A DNA stretch of 64,000 bases. Source: an uncultured Actinomycetota bacterium (lineage in GTDB: Bacteria; Actinomycetota; Actinomycetes; CAVWCF01). The translations under genes were made by a program, and so were the position numbers. The notes beneath the pieces are model-generated. The model did no database searches, was not told where the DNA came from, and worked only from the letters and a program-made list of their open reading frames with translations. Shown here one piece after another: positions 1 to 9,731 of this stretch; the first letter of the stretch is position 1, and the number at the start of each line of letters is the position of its first letter. Location: positions 1,280,001 to 1,344,000 of the forward strand of contig CAVWCF010000001.1 in assembly GCA_963753435.1 (NCBI GenBank). Reading direction: 5' to 3'.

Positions 1-144
1 GAGCAGGGACACCAACCACGCTCCCGCTCGGGCCGGGACAAGCAGTCGGTGCGCGGGCCCCGCGTCGGCAAGCAGCCGACGCAATCGCGCGGCCGGAGTT
101 GCAGACCAAAGCAGCACCGCCGCGACGGCCAGCGCGGTGCTCAC
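1..144 (-). CDS. N-terminus of TadC-like (T2SS F family) pilus assembly protein, runs off window start
   Basis: GTG at 144 overlaps tadB stop (GTGA); reads MSTALAVAAVLLWSA..., hydrophobic; position in tad operon. Confidence 0.6.
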   Translation of the reverse strand, partial: MSTALAVAAVLLWSATPAARLRRLLADAGPAHRLLVPARAGAWLVSLL

Positions 145-803
145 AATCGGGTCAGGACGCGGATCCACCACCAACCGGCGATGTCCAAGGCGACAGCACT
201 CGCCAGACAGACGCGGCCAATACTCGTGCCGAACAGGAAACCAAGCGGGTCGGCACCGAAACCCCAGCCGAGCAGCACGCCGAGCAGCGGTAGCCCGAGC
301 AGGACCCTCGACGTCGCCCTGGAGCCGGCCAGCAGCGCTCGTTGCTGCTGACGATGTTTGCGGTCTTCGGCTGCGAGGTCCCCTATCCGTTGCAGCGCTT
401 CGGCCAGCCCCGCACCGTCTTCGTTCGCAACCTCCACGGCTGCGGCTGCCCACTGGAAGGAGGGCTCGGGGATCTGTCGCAGCCGCGAAGGCACGTTCAG
501 CCCCAGCGAAGCGGCAGCGACAGCCGGTCCAAGCGCCAGGGCCGTCGGCTCGGTGGCCTCGGCGGCTGCCGCCCGCAACGCCACAGCCAGTGCGGCACCG
601 GAACGCATCTCCGTTGCGCTGTCCCACCACAGCCGCGGCGCGTCACCCGCCAGCGCCCGTTGGACTCGACGGTCGCGCAGGCGTCGGCGGGGTCGCTGCC
701 GGCCTTGCCGCATGGACGACAGCAGCACCCGGCGGCGCGGCGCTGCCGTGACGGCAACCCAAGCAGCGCAAGCGGCCAGGCCAGCAGCCAGTTCAGCTGC
801 CAT
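141..803 (-). CDS. tadB: TadB-like type II secretion system F family membrane protein
   Basis: ATG at 803; GAGLAEAL...RATSRVLLGLPLLG...GADPLGFL and C-terminal TM segment; follows CpaF ATPase. Confidence 0.8.
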   Translation of the reverse strand: MAAELAAGLAACAAWVAVTAAPRRRVLLSSMRQGRQRPRRRLRDRRVQRALAGDAPRLWWDSATEMRSGAALAVALRAAAAEATEPTALALGPAVAAASLGLNVPSRLRQIPEPSFQWAAAAVEVANEDGAGLAEALQRIGDLAAEDRKHRQQQRALLAGSRATSRVLLGLPLLGVLLGWGFGADPLGFLFGTSIGRVCLASAVALDIAGWWWIRVLTRL

Positions 804-1986
804 CGGAGTGGATGGGTAGTGGTGGCGCGAAGGCACCGAGGCGACGGCGCAGTTGGGCCAGTCCCGGCCCGGGACGCACCCGGTCGGCCTCGAACAGAAC
901 CGCCGGTTGCACGGAGACCAGGTCGCCATCACGGCAGCAGACACCGATCCCCCATACCGTCCGACGCCCGGACGGGGAGCGCAGCACGTGTACGACTGCG
1001 TCGAGCCCGGCTGACATCTGCGCATGGACGGCCGCGCGAGGCCAACCCGCCGGGGCCGCCAGCGCCTCGATCCGGGCCGGGAGGTCTGCCGCGGAGTTGG
1101 CGTGCACGGTGGCGCAACCACCTTCGTGCCCAGTGTTCAGCGCACTAAGTAGGTCGATCACCTCCACACCGCGCACTTCTCCGACGACGAGCCGGTCCGG
1201 GCGCATCCGCATCGCCTGCCGAACGAGGTCCGTCAACGTCACCGACCCCGCGCCTTCGACGTTGGGTGGTCTTGCCTGCAGTAGCGCCGTGTGCGGATGC
1301 TGCGGGTCGAGTTCGGCGGAGTCCTCGACCACGACGAGGCGTTCCCGCTCCGGCACGAGTTCCAACAGCGTGCTCAGCACGGTGGTCTTGCCGGTCCCAG
1401 TTCCGCCTGTGACCACGTAGGAGGCCCGCGCATTCACCAACGCGGCCAGCCACCGCGCCCCGACCGCATCCAGGCCGCCTTGTCGCACCAAGTCGGCCAG
1501 CGTGAGCACCCGCCGACGCGGGATCCGTAGCGAGAGCAATGCGCCACCACGCGCGACCGGTGGGATTACCGCGTGCAGCCGCACACCGTCGGGCGTGCGC
1601 GCATCCACGAACGGCTGTGCAGCATCCAGGCGTCTACCAGCGGCCGTCGCCAATCGCTGCGCCAAGCGCCGGATGGCTTCGTGGTCGGCGAAACGGACCG
1701 GTGACCGGACCAGGCCCTCGCCGCGATCGACGAACACCTGGTCTGGACCGTTGACCAGGACGTCGGTTACCTCCGGGTCTTCCAGAAGCGGTTGCAGCGG
1801 CCCGGCCCCGAGCAGTTCCGAGCGGACCTCTGCACACAGGCGGCGCGTTTCCGGGCCGCTGAGCACGACGCCCTCGGCGCGAACCGCGGCGACGATGTCG
1901 GGCTCATGCGCGGCAGCACCGGAATCGACCAACCGATCCCGGACCCGTTCGACCAGCGGTCGATCACCCAGCACCCGCACACTCAC
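793..1986 (-). CDS. cpaF: CpaF/TadA-family pilus assembly ATPase
   Basis: Walker A GGTGTGKTT, VEDSAEL, MRMRPDRLVVGEVRG, NTGHEGG. Confidence 0.93.
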   Translation of the reverse strand: MSVRVLGDRPLVERVRDRLVDSGAAAHEPDIVAAVRAEGVVLSGPETRRLCAEVRSELLGAGPLQPLLEDPEVTDVLVNGPDQVFVDRGEGLVRSPVRFADHEAIRRLAQRLATAAGRRLDAAQPFVDARTPDGVRLHAVIPPVARGGALLSLRIPRRRVLTLADLVRQGGLDAVGARWLAALVNARASYVVTGGTGTGKTTVLSTLLELVPERERLVVVEDSAELDPQHPHTALLQARPPNVEGAGSVTLTDLVRQAMRMRPDRLVVGEVRGVEVIDLLSALNTGHEGGCATVHANSAADLPARIEALAAPAGWPRAAVHAQMSAGLDAVVHVLRSPSGRRTVWGIGVCCRDGDLVSVQPAVLFEADRVRPGPGLAQLRRRLGAFAPPLPIHSDGS

Positions 1987-2819
1987 GCCGCGGCCCCGAG
2001 TTCGTTCAAGTACTGCCGGCAGAACCGGCGCAAGGGGCCGCGTGGCCGCGGCAGGTCCCCGTGCTCCAGCGCCACATCAAGACCGGGTTCGGCGCGCACC
2101 GAACCGGCTAGCGGCAGTCCGACGACCTCCGCGATCACTTGCGCGTCCATGCCCGCCGGAGCCGGACCGCGAACAAGCAGGCGCACGTCCCGCACCTGGC
2201 TGGCCAACTGCTTGCCCGCGGCAGTTGCGGACACGGTTGCCCGGGCTTCTGCGGGCACGACGAGCAGGGCGTGCGCAGCCATCCGGCAGGCCAGCGCGGT
2301 GGCATCGGTTCCGCCCCTGGCCACATCAACCACGATGAGATCGACCACGGAAGCCGCGGTACCGATCACCGCGGCAACCGCTTCCGCCGGGATCGCGACC
2401 GGGTCCCGATCAACAGAGACAACACTCAGACCACCAAGCCTCGGCAAGACGGGCAGCAGTTCCTCGGCCGCAACCGGCTCAGTCAGCGTGACCAGACCCG
2501 GCCACCGCACCCCGGGCGTCTCCTCCATGCCGAGGACAAGGTCCAGTCCGGAGCCACGTTCGTCGACGTCGACCAGGAGCACCTTGGCGCCGTCCTCGGC
2601 GCCGGCCAAGGCCAGTGCGGCTGCTGCCACCGACGCGCCGGCCCCGCCGCGGCCAGCCGCGACGACTACTGCCAGCGCGGTTCGCTCGACGCTGCCACGA
2701 CCCCCGGGCCCGTAGCCCCATGGCCGCGGGTGAGCATCGCCGCTGACCGGTTGCACATCTGCTCGTTGCACCGTGAACACCTCCGGCGCGGACCCTGCTA
2801 TGGCCGGACGTCCGACCAC
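1983..2819 (-). CDS. ssd: Septum site-determining protein Ssd (MinD/CpaE-like ATPase); start uncertain
   Basis: Deviant Walker A GRGGAGAS, LLVDVD..GSGLDLVLG, GVRWP; upstream of cpaF as for Rv3660c. Confidence 0.8.
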   Translation of the reverse strand: MVGRPAIAGSAPEVFTVQRADVQPVSGDAHPRPWGYGPGGRGSVERTALAVVVAAGRGGAGASVAAAALALAGAEDGAKVLLVDVDERGSGLDLVLGMEETPGVRWPGLVTLTEPVAAEELLPVLPRLGGLSVVSVDRDPVAIPAEAVAAVIGTAASVVDLIVVDVARGGTDATALACRMAAHALLVVPAEARATVSATAAGKQLASQVRDVRLLVRGPAPAGMDAQVIAEVVGLPLAGSVRAEPGLDVALEHGDLPRPRGPLRRFCRQYLNELGAAA

Positions 2820-2897
2820 GGCGAGGAGAACCGGCTGTGCATAAGTGGGCCCGGTGGCCGCCTGTGGAACTCGGCGACGACGGGAGCGGCGCCCGGA

Positions 2898-2985
2898 AAG
2901 GCAGAGACCCCCGCCGGGGGGGTTGGCGGGGGTCTAACGACCTGGGCCCGGGGGGAGGGGCCTCCCGGTCGTGCGAGCGAGCTCG
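2898..2985 (-). ncRNA. 6C RNA (B11 homolog)
   Basis: Two hairpins with C-rich loops on - strand (CCCCUCCCCCC; GACCCCCGCC-AACCCCCCC-GGCGGGGGUC); lies between ssd and HAD hydrolase, the known 6C locus; TTGCAT -35-like element upstream. Confidence 0.85.
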
Positions 2986-3059
2986 CTGAAGTCATCATTG
3001 ACCCCCGACCCGCGGAATGCAAACCGAATCTGTGGACACCAACGCCCTATCCTGAAGCG

Positions 3060-3914
3060 GTGCCCGTGACCCCCCGCGCGGCGGCCTTCTTCGATCTGGA
3101 CAAGACGATCATCGCAAGGTCCAGCGCCCTGGCTTTCAGCACGGAATTTGCCCGCGCCGGCCTCATCAACAGGCGGGCGATGCTGCGCAGCGCCCTGGCC
3201 CAACTCGTCTTCAGCTCTGCCGGCGCCGACCACGACCAGATGGAGCGCCTGCGGGTGGCAATGACCGAACTGGTCACCGGCTGGGACGTGGCGCAGGTCA
3301 GCGCAATCGTCGAAGAGACACTGCACGAACTAATCGAACCGATGATCTACGCCGAGGCCGCGCAGTTGATCGCCGCGCACCAGGCCGAGGGTCGCGACGT
3401 GATCATCGTGTCGTCCTCGGGCCAGGAGGTGGTGGCCCCCATCGCCAACCTTCTTGGCGCAGATGACGCCATCGCCACTCGCATGGTCATCGAGGACGGC
3501 CGCTACACCGGAAACATCGAGTTCTACGCCTACGGCCCGACCAAGGCGGAGGCCATCCAGGTCCTGGCTGCGACCAAGGGGTACGACCTGGCCGCCAGCT
3601 ACGCCTACAGCGACTCGATCACCGACCTGCCCATGCTCAACGCCGTTGGCCATCCGTTCGCGGTCAACCCCGACAAGGAGTTACGGCGCATCGCGATCGA
3701 CCGAGGCTGGGGCGTACTCGACTTCGCTACGCCTGTCGCCCTACGCCGCATGCCAACTGGCGAGGATGTGCGGCATCGCGTGACCGACAGCGCCCATTCA
3801 CTGCACGAACGGATGCAGGACATCCCGCGTTCCCAGCGAGTCGCCGCTGGCGTCGGCGTTGGCGTCGCCGCGGCGGGCCTGGTCTGGTACGCGTCGCGCC
3901 ACCGCCGCGTTTGA
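3060..3914 (+). CDS. HAD-IB family hydrolase (morphological differentiation-associated, Rv3661-like)
   Basis: FFDLDKTII motif I, SYAYSDSITDLPML, AVNPD; GTG 3060 close to a TATCCT -10 (probably leaderless). Confidence 0.9.
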   Translation: MPVTPRAAAFFDLDKTIIARSSALAFSTEFARAGLINRRAMLRSALAQLVFSSAGADHDQMERLRVAMTELVTGWDVAQVSAIVEETLHELIEPMIYAEAAQLIAAHQAEGRDVIIVSSSGQEVVAPIANLLGADDAIATRMVIEDGRYTGNIEFYAYGPTKAEAIQVLAATKGYDLAASYAYSDSITDLPMLNAVGHPFAVNPDKELRRIAIDRGWGVLDFATPVALRRMPTGEDVRHRVTDSAHSLHERMQDIPRSQRVAAGVGVGVAAAGLVWYASRHRRV

Positions 3915-3972
3915 CCGGCCGACACGCCGTCGGGGGGTTCCCTCCGACGCCGACGCGTACTAGGAAAGGTCC

Positions 3973-4160
3973 TGTCGACAAGCCGCAAGGCCCGCCGACA
4001 CACAACTGAGACCCGCTTTGGAACCCACGCGGCGGTCCCCCCACGTAACGGGGTGCAGGCGGAACCGGCTGGCCCGACCGTCCGAGCGACCCGCACGCAC
4101 TGTTCCCCAAAGCCGGATTTCATTTGCGGCGCCGAGTGCTAACCCACCCGGCGCCGCACC
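3973..4160 (+). ncRNA. Ms1 RNA homolog (RNA-polymerase-core-binding sRNA; scr3559/MTS2823 family)
   Basis: Non-coding gap between HAD hydrolase and Fic-like gene (known Ms1 synteny); GCTTTGG (~4015) can pair with CCAAAGC (~4107); ACCCACGC/GCACGC motifs; 3' hairpin 4125-4158; ends approximate. Confidence 0.75.
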
Positions 4161-4185
4161 CATTTCGAAGCCTCTCGCCGCTGGT

Positions 4186-4878
4186 CTATCCCAGCGAATC
4201 GCAGATCTCCCTGGTCTGCCGCGCCCCAACGCGCAACGCGTCGGCACAGTGGATCAGCCAACGTCGCACCCCCGCCGACGTACCGGTGGCGTATTCGGCA
4301 CCGGCCATGCCGTACTCCTGCATCTCCTGGAGATGACCCAACTCGGGAACGGTCACGGAGTGCGGGTCCAAGCCGCGGGCTGTCATCAGCGTCCGCGCCA
4401 ACTGCCGGGCGACCAGACCATTGCCGGTCTCGAAAGGCTGCACGGCGAGCACCTCGGCGTGGGCAACTGCGGCGACCACCACCGCCGGTGCCTGCGTCGG
4501 TTGCACCAGTTGCTGCGCGAGCGCAGCCAGCCGACTGACATCGGCGCCGGGCCGGGGCTGCCCAAGAGCCCCGACGCTGTCGGAACCGGCCGTCGCAAGT
4601 ACATGCATCCGGGCCATCGCCTGAAGCGGTGCCGTTCGCACGACCCCGGCCAGTTCCGGCGTCGACGCCAACAGTTTCAGCGGCGGTTGCGGCCAGCCGT
4701 CCAAGCTCGCGGTGGCCGTGGCAGCCTGCGCCAAGGCCTCCGCGGTGACCCTTGGGTCATGCCGGCGACGAAGCCGCTCGTGCCGCAGCGCCGCGTCGAC
4801 CGCGGCCCGCGCGGCTTCGGTGGCTTCAAACACATCGGGCAAAGCCACGAGGGCCGCGAACGGATCCGGCACCGACAT
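4186..4878 (-). CDS. Fic-like ('oxidoreductase'-annotated) protein, Rv3662c-like
   Basis: Degenerate Fic motif QPFETGNGLVAR; conserved position downstream of Ms1. Confidence 0.75.
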   Translation of the reverse strand: MSVPDPFAALVALPDVFEATEAARAAVDAALRHERLRRRHDPRVTAEALAQAATATASLDGWPQPPLKLLASTPELAGVVRTAPLQAMARMHVLATAGSDSVGALGQPRPGADVSRLAALAQQLVQPTQAPAVVVAAVAHAEVLAVQPFETGNGLVARQLARTLMTARGLDPHSVTVPELGHLQEMQEYGMAGAEYATGTSAGVRRWLIHCADALRVGARQTREICDSLG

Positions 4879-4974
4879 GACCGCAGTTGTAGCCGATCCT
4901 GGTTGCCCCCAGCCGCCCGCCCTGATTGCCTAGGCCCGCGCGCTACCCAAGACAGTCGACAAGTGGAGGCACCC

Positions 4975-6936
4975 GTGGCAGACGAGGCGTTGGAAAACCT
5001 GCTCACCGAGAGCCGCAGTTTTCCGCCACCACCGGATCTGGCCGCCAACGCCAATGCCACTGCCGACTTCTACGAGGCCGCGGCCAGCGACCGATTGGAC
5101 TTCTGGGCCGAGCAGGCCGGCCACCTGAAGTGGGAGCAGCCCTGGACACAGGTGCTGGATTGGACTGAGGCGCCCTTCGCCCGCTGGTTCGTCGGCGGGC
5201 GGCTCAACGTCTCGGTCAACTGCCTCGATCGCCATGTGGAGGCCGGTCACGGTGACCAGGTCGCGATCCACTTCGAAGGCGAACCCGGCGACACCCGCAC
5301 CATCACCTACTCCGACCTGCTGGCCGAGGTGAGCCGCACGGCGCACGCGCTGACCGAACTCGGAGTGCGCGCCGGCGACCGCGTCGCGATCTATCTGCCG
5401 ATGATCCCGGAGGCGGCGGTGGCGATGCTTGCCTGCGCGCGGCTGGGAGCAGCGCACTCAGTGGTCTTCGGCGGTTTCAGCGCCGAAGCCCTGCGTTCGA
5501 GGATCGAGGACGCGTCCGCATCCGTTGTGATCACTGCCGACGGCGGCTACCGCCGTGGCAAGCCGATGGCCTTGAAGCCGGCGGTCGATGAGGCGGTTGC
5601 CGGTGCTGAGTCGGTCCGCCATGTGCTGGTCGTGCAACGGACCGGCCAGGAGGTCGACTTCGAACCGGGGCGGGACGTCTGGTGGCATGACATCGTGCCG
5701 CGCCAGTCCGCCGAGCATGCGGCCGAATCCTTCGACGCCGAGCACCCGCTGTTCATCCTGTACACGTCAGGCACCACCGGAAAGCCCAAGGGAATCCTGC
5801 ACACGTCCGGCGGTTACCTGACGCAGGTCGCCTACACCCACCGTGCGGTCTTCGACCTGAAACCGGACACCGACGTGTACTGGTGCAGCGCCGACATCGG
5901 CTGGGTGACCGGGCACAGCTACATCGTCTACGGGCCGCTGGCCAACCGGGCGACTTCGGTCATGTACGAGGGGACCCCGGACACGCCGCACCGCGGCCGT
6001 TGGTGGGAGCTCGTGGAGAAGTACTCCGTTTCGCTCTTCTACACCGCGCCGACGGCGATCCGGACCTTCATGCGTTGGGGAGATGACATCCCCGAGCAGT
6101 TCGACCTTTCCAGCCTGCGGCTGCTTGGCAGCGTCGGTGAACCGATCAACCCTGAAGCCTGGATGTGGTACCGGCGCGTTATCGGCTCGGACCGTTGCCC
6201 GATCGTCGACACGTGGTGGCAGACCGAAACCGGCGCCATCATGATCAGCCCACTGCCGGGCGTCAGTTCCGCCAAACCAGGATCTGCGATGGGGCCGCTG
6301 CCCGGCATCGGCGCCGACGTCGTCGACAAGGACGGCACCCCCGTACCAAATGGCCACGGCGGCTTCCTGATCCTCACCGAACCCTGGCCGTCGATGCTGC
6401 GCGGCATCTGGGGGGACAACCAGCGCTACGTAGACACGTACTGGTCGGAGTATCCGGGCCGCTACTTCGCCGGCGATGGCGCCAAGAAGGACGCTGACGG
6501 TGACCTGTGGCTGCTCGGCCGCGTCGACGATGTCATGAACGTCTCCGGACACCGGATCTCCACGACCGAGGTGGAGTCGGCCCTGGTCAGCCACCCCGCG
6601 GTGGCCGAAGCCGCGGTGGTCGGAGCAGCCGATGAGGTCACCGGCCAAGGCATCGTTGCCTTCGTCATTCCGCGCAGTACCGCGGAGGGCACGACGGAGG
6701 GCCCCGAATTCGTCGCAACGCTGCGCGCACACGTGGCCGCCGAGATCGGGCCGATCGCCAAGCCGCGGCAGATCCTGGTCGTGCCCGAACTACCCAAGAC
6801 CCGCTCTGGCAAGATCATGCGCAGACTGCTTCGGGATGTGGCCGACAACCGCAACCTCGGGGACGTGACCACGCTGGCTGATCCAGCCGTCATGAGTCTG
6901 ATCGAGCAGAAGTTGCCGACCTCGACGGAGGACTGA
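4975..6936 (+). CDS. acs: Acetyl-CoA synthetase
   Basis: YTSGTTGKPKG, DTWWQTETG, LPKTRSGKIMRR; GGAGG RBS before GTG 4975. Confidence 0.97.
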   Translation: MADEALENLLTESRSFPPPPDLAANANATADFYEAAASDRLDFWAEQAGHLKWEQPWTQVLDWTEAPFARWFVGGRLNVSVNCLDRHVEAGHGDQVAIHFEGEPGDTRTITYSDLLAEVSRTAHALTELGVRAGDRVAIYLPMIPEAAVAMLACARLGAAHSVVFGGFSAEALRSRIEDASASVVITADGGYRRGKPMALKPAVDEAVAGAESVRHVLVVQRTGQEVDFEPGRDVWWHDIVPRQSAEHAAESFDAEHPLFILYTSGTTGKPKGILHTSGGYLTQVAYTHRAVFDLKPDTDVYWCSADIGWVTGHSYIVYGPLANRATSVMYEGTPDTPHRGRWWELVEKYSVSLFYTAPTAIRTFMRWGDDIPEQFDLSSLRLLGSVGEPINPEAWMWYRRVIGSDRCPIVDTWWQTETGAIMISPLPGVSSAKPGSAMGPLPGIGADVVDKDGTPVPNGHGGFLILTEPWPSMLRGIWGDNQRYVDTYWSEYPGRYFAGDGAKKDADGDLWLLGRVDDVMNVSGHRISTTEVESALVSHPAVAEAAVVGAADEVTGQGIVAFVIPRSTAEGTTEGPEFVATLRAHVAAEIGPIAKPRQILVVPELPKTRSGKIMRRLLRDVADNRNLGDVTTLADPAVMSLIEQKLPTSTED

Positions 6937-6943
6937 CACCGCA

Positions 6944-8290
6944 ATGGCTGCGCCGCCGCCCCCCGAGGTGCTGTTCGAGCAGCCGTCCTCGCGGGAGCGA
7001 CGCTTCCTCGGCGACATCCTGCGGCAGGAGACCGTCGGCGGCGCGATCATGCTCGCCGCGGCGGCCCTCGGCCTGGTGCTGGCAAACACCGCTGCGGTCG
7101 ACTGGTACCAGTCCGTGCAGAACTACGTCATCGGCCCCGAGGCGCTGAACCTGGACCTGCCGCTGAGTAAGTGGGCGGCGGACGGGCTACTGGCCATCTT
7201 CTTCTTCATCGCCGGGCTGGAACTCAAGCGCGAGGTGGTTCTGGGCAGCCTGCGCCGGCCCGCGGCGGCGGCGGTACCGATCGCCGCGGCCATCGGCGGG
7301 ATGGTTGCCCCGGCCCTCATCTACTCAGCCTGGACCCGACTGGACGGCATCGCGGCTGAGGGCTGGGCCATCCCCACCGCAACTGACATCGCCTTCGCTC
7401 TTGCCATTCTCGCAATCGCCGGCACCCATCTGCCGTCGGCCATGCGCGCGTTCCTGCTCACCTTGGCGATCGTCGACGACGTCCTCGCCATCATCATCAT
7501 CGCGGTCTTCTTCACCGATGCGCTGATCCTCTGGCCGCTGGCGGTCGCGGCCGTGCTGTGCCTCGTCTACTGGCTGCTGCAGCAGCGACACGTTCGGGCC
7601 TGGTACGTGTACGTGCCAATCGCTTTGACCGTCTGGGCGCTGTTCCACGAGTCCGGGGTGCACGCAACGGTCGCCGGTGTCGTACTCGGCCTGCTCACCA
7701 AGGTGCGGCCCGGACCCGGCGAGACCGTCTCCCCGGCGGAGCGGCTGGAACACGACTTGCGGCCGGTGTCGGCGGGCTTCGCGGTTCCGGTGTTCGCCTT
7801 CTTGTCGGCCGGAGTCGTGCTGACCGGAGGCAAGATCGGCAACGTCTTGGCCGACCCCATCTCGCAGGGCGTCATCCTCGGCCTAGTCGTGGGCAAGCTG
7901 ATCGGTGTCTTCAGCGGCGCATTCCTGGTGGCGAAGCTCACGCGCGCTCAGTTGAGCAAGAACCTCGTGTGGGGCGACGTCGCCGGGCTGGCGATGGTCT
8001 CTGGCATCGGGTTCACGGTTTCGCTGCTGATCGCCGAATTGGCGTTCGAGTCCGACCTGACCGAACTGGACAACTCCAAGGTCGGCGTGCTGATCGGATC
8101 CGTCATCTCCGCTGTGATCGCGCTGGTGATCCTGCGGCTACGCAACCGGGTGTACCGACAGTTGGCGGCCGAGGAGACATACTCCGAGACGCCCGACACG
8201 CCTTCCGCCATGCTTGGGGACAACCCGGGCAAGCCAGACGATGCCGGGCCGCAGCCCGGAACGCGCGATGAGAAAGGAGCGTCCCCATGA
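6944..8290 (+). CDS. nhaA: Na+/H+ antiporter NhaA
   Basis: GLELKRE, GWAIPTATDIAFAL, LAIVDD, GIGFTVSL. Confidence 0.95.
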   Translation: MAAPPPPEVLFEQPSSRERRFLGDILRQETVGGAIMLAAAALGLVLANTAAVDWYQSVQNYVIGPEALNLDLPLSKWAADGLLAIFFFIAGLELKREVVLGSLRRPAAAAVPIAAAIGGMVAPALIYSAWTRLDGIAAEGWAIPTATDIAFALAILAIAGTHLPSAMRAFLLTLAIVDDVLAIIIIAVFFTDALILWPLAVAAVLCLVYWLLQQRHVRAWYVYVPIALTVWALFHESGVHATVAGVVLGLLTKVRPGPGETVSPAERLEHDLRPVSAGFAVPVFAFLSAGVVLTGGKIGNVLADPISQGVILGLVVGKLIGVFSGAFLVAKLTRAQLSKNLVWGDVAGLAMVSGIGFTVSLLIAELAFESDLTELDNSKVGVLIGSVISAVIALVILRLRNRVYRQLAAEETYSETPDTPSAMLGDNPGKPDDAGPQPGTRDEKGASP

Positions 8291-8778
8291 GCGACAGCCA
8301 GAATGGCGCTACCGGCACCGACCGAACACTCTCCGACGCCTCCATCGGCGAACTGGTCTCGCAGGCCACCTCGGACCTACAAGCGCTGGTGCAGTCGAAC
8401 ATCGACCTGGCCAAGGCCGAGATGCGCGAGTCCGCCCAGCGCGGCGCGACCGGCGGCGCCCTGGTCGCCGTTGCCGTGGGGCTCATCGTCCTTGTCGGCC
8501 TACTGCTGACCTTCGCTGCGGTCTACGGGCTGGTGGCCGCCGGCTTGGCCGTGTGGGCCGCGTTCTTGATCATCGCCGGCATCTACCTGCTCATCGCATT
8601 GATTCTGGCTGGGATCGCTGCGGCCTTCTTCAAGCGAATGAAGGGGCCGGAGCAGGCCAAAGCCCAGGCCCAGGAGACCGTCGACGCGCTGAAGAGTTCG
8701 GTGTCCGCAGGCGCGGCGGCAGCGCACGGTGAGCCGGTGCTGCCCACGCCGGAGCCCGCTTCCCAGCCGTCCGCCTGA
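8287..8778 (+). CDS. Actinobacterial holin-X-like membrane protein
   Basis: SIGELVSQA..DL..LV...IDLAKAE followed by two TM helices; conserved after nhaA. Confidence 0.8.
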   Translation: MSDSQNGATGTDRTLSDASIGELVSQATSDLQALVQSNIDLAKAEMRESAQRGATGGALVAVAVGLIVLVGLLLTFAAVYGLVAAGLAVWAAFLIIAGIYLLIALILAGIAAAFFKRMKGPEQAKAQAQETVDALKSSVSAGAAAAHGEPVLPTPEPASQPSA

Positions 8779-8783
8779 AGGCG

Positions 8784-9677
8784 GTGCTCCCAGACCCCGT
8801 CCTGCGCCCTCCGGGTTGGTCCCACCGTGAGGTCAGCGCCAACGGCGCCCGGTTCCATGTGGTCGTGGAAGGCAGCGGCCCAGCCGTGCTGTTGCTGCAC
8901 GGCTTCCCCATGTTCTGGTGGACCTGGCGCGAACAGATCCGGGCCCTGGCCGCAGGCGGCTTCACTGCCATCGCGATGGACCTGCGCGGCGCCGGCGGTA
9001 GCGACAAACCACCCCGCGGCTACGACCCGCTGACCCTGGCCCTGGACGCAGCTGGGGTGCTGCGTTCACTGGGACACAACTCTGCGGCCGTGGTCGGCAG
9101 CGGATTCGGCGGCCTGCTGGCGTGGACGTTGTCGGCTGCAGCCCCCGACCTCGTCGACAAGGCCGCCATCGTCTCCAGCCCGCACCCACACGACCTACGC
9201 CGCGCGCTGCGATCGCCGGCCTACCTGCGCTCCAACAAGCACCTGCTGCAGTACCAGGTGCCGATGGCACCGGAGCGATCGTTGGTCGCCGATGACGCCG
9301 CTGAAGTGCACCGGATCCTGACCGAATGGTCCGGTCCAGGTGGCTGGCCGGACGCGGCGGCCGCTGACACCTACCGCCAGGCGATGCTGCAGTCCCCCAC
9401 AGCGTTCTGCTGGATGGAGACGTTCCGGTGGCTGATCCGCAGCCTGCCGCGCTCGGATGGGCGCCGGTGGATGCGTCGTACGGCCGCCCCACTCCGGCAG
9501 CCAGTGCTGCTGCTCGACGGCGCCGACGACCCCTTGACCGCCCCGAACCTGGATGCCAGCCGGTGGCTTGCCGGACCGGTACGCACCCACACCCTGCGCG
9601 ACGTCGGTCACTTCGCCCAGGAGGAGGCCGCCGATCAGGTGTCGACCGCGCTGCTGGAGTTCCTGACCACCGGGTAG
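8784..9677 (+). CDS. Alpha/beta hydrolase (EphE-like)
   Basis: LLLHGFP.FWWTW, DLRG.GGSDKPPRGYD, GHFAQEE; nucleophile elbow degenerate (GSGFGG). Confidence 0.88.
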   Translation: MLPDPVLRPPGWSHREVSANGARFHVVVEGSGPAVLLLHGFPMFWWTWREQIRALAAGGFTAIAMDLRGAGGSDKPPRGYDPLTLALDAAGVLRSLGHNSAAVVGSGFGGLLAWTLSAAAPDLVDKAAIVSSPHPHDLRRALRSPAYLRSNKHLLQYQVPMAPERSLVADDAAEVHRILTEWSGPGGWPDAAAADTYRQAMLQSPTAFCWMETFRWLIRSLPRSDGRRWMRRTAAPLRQPVLLLDGADDPLTAPNLDASRWLAGPVRTHTLRDVGHFAQEEAADQVSTALLEFLTTG

Positions 9678-9731
9678 TCGACCCGGGTAGTCGACCCGGC
9701 TATTCGAACTGACCAACCCGCCAGGCCTACG

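Noticed and set aside
2139-3059. Long N-terminal extension of the HAD hydrolase
   Set aside because: Antisense to ssd and runs through 6C RNA; high-GC open frame
4134-4142. CIRCE element (GAGTGCTAA)
   Set aside because: Only one half-site, inside the Ms1 3' hairpin; no chaperone gene
4018-4974. 319-aa N-terminal extension of acs in the ORF track
   Set aside because: Overlaps Ms1 and the antisense Fic-like gene; the true start is GTG 4975 with an RBS
8287-8778. Prophage suggested by the holin-like gene
   Set aside because: Conserved chromosomal gene at the nhaA locus; no phage genes nearby
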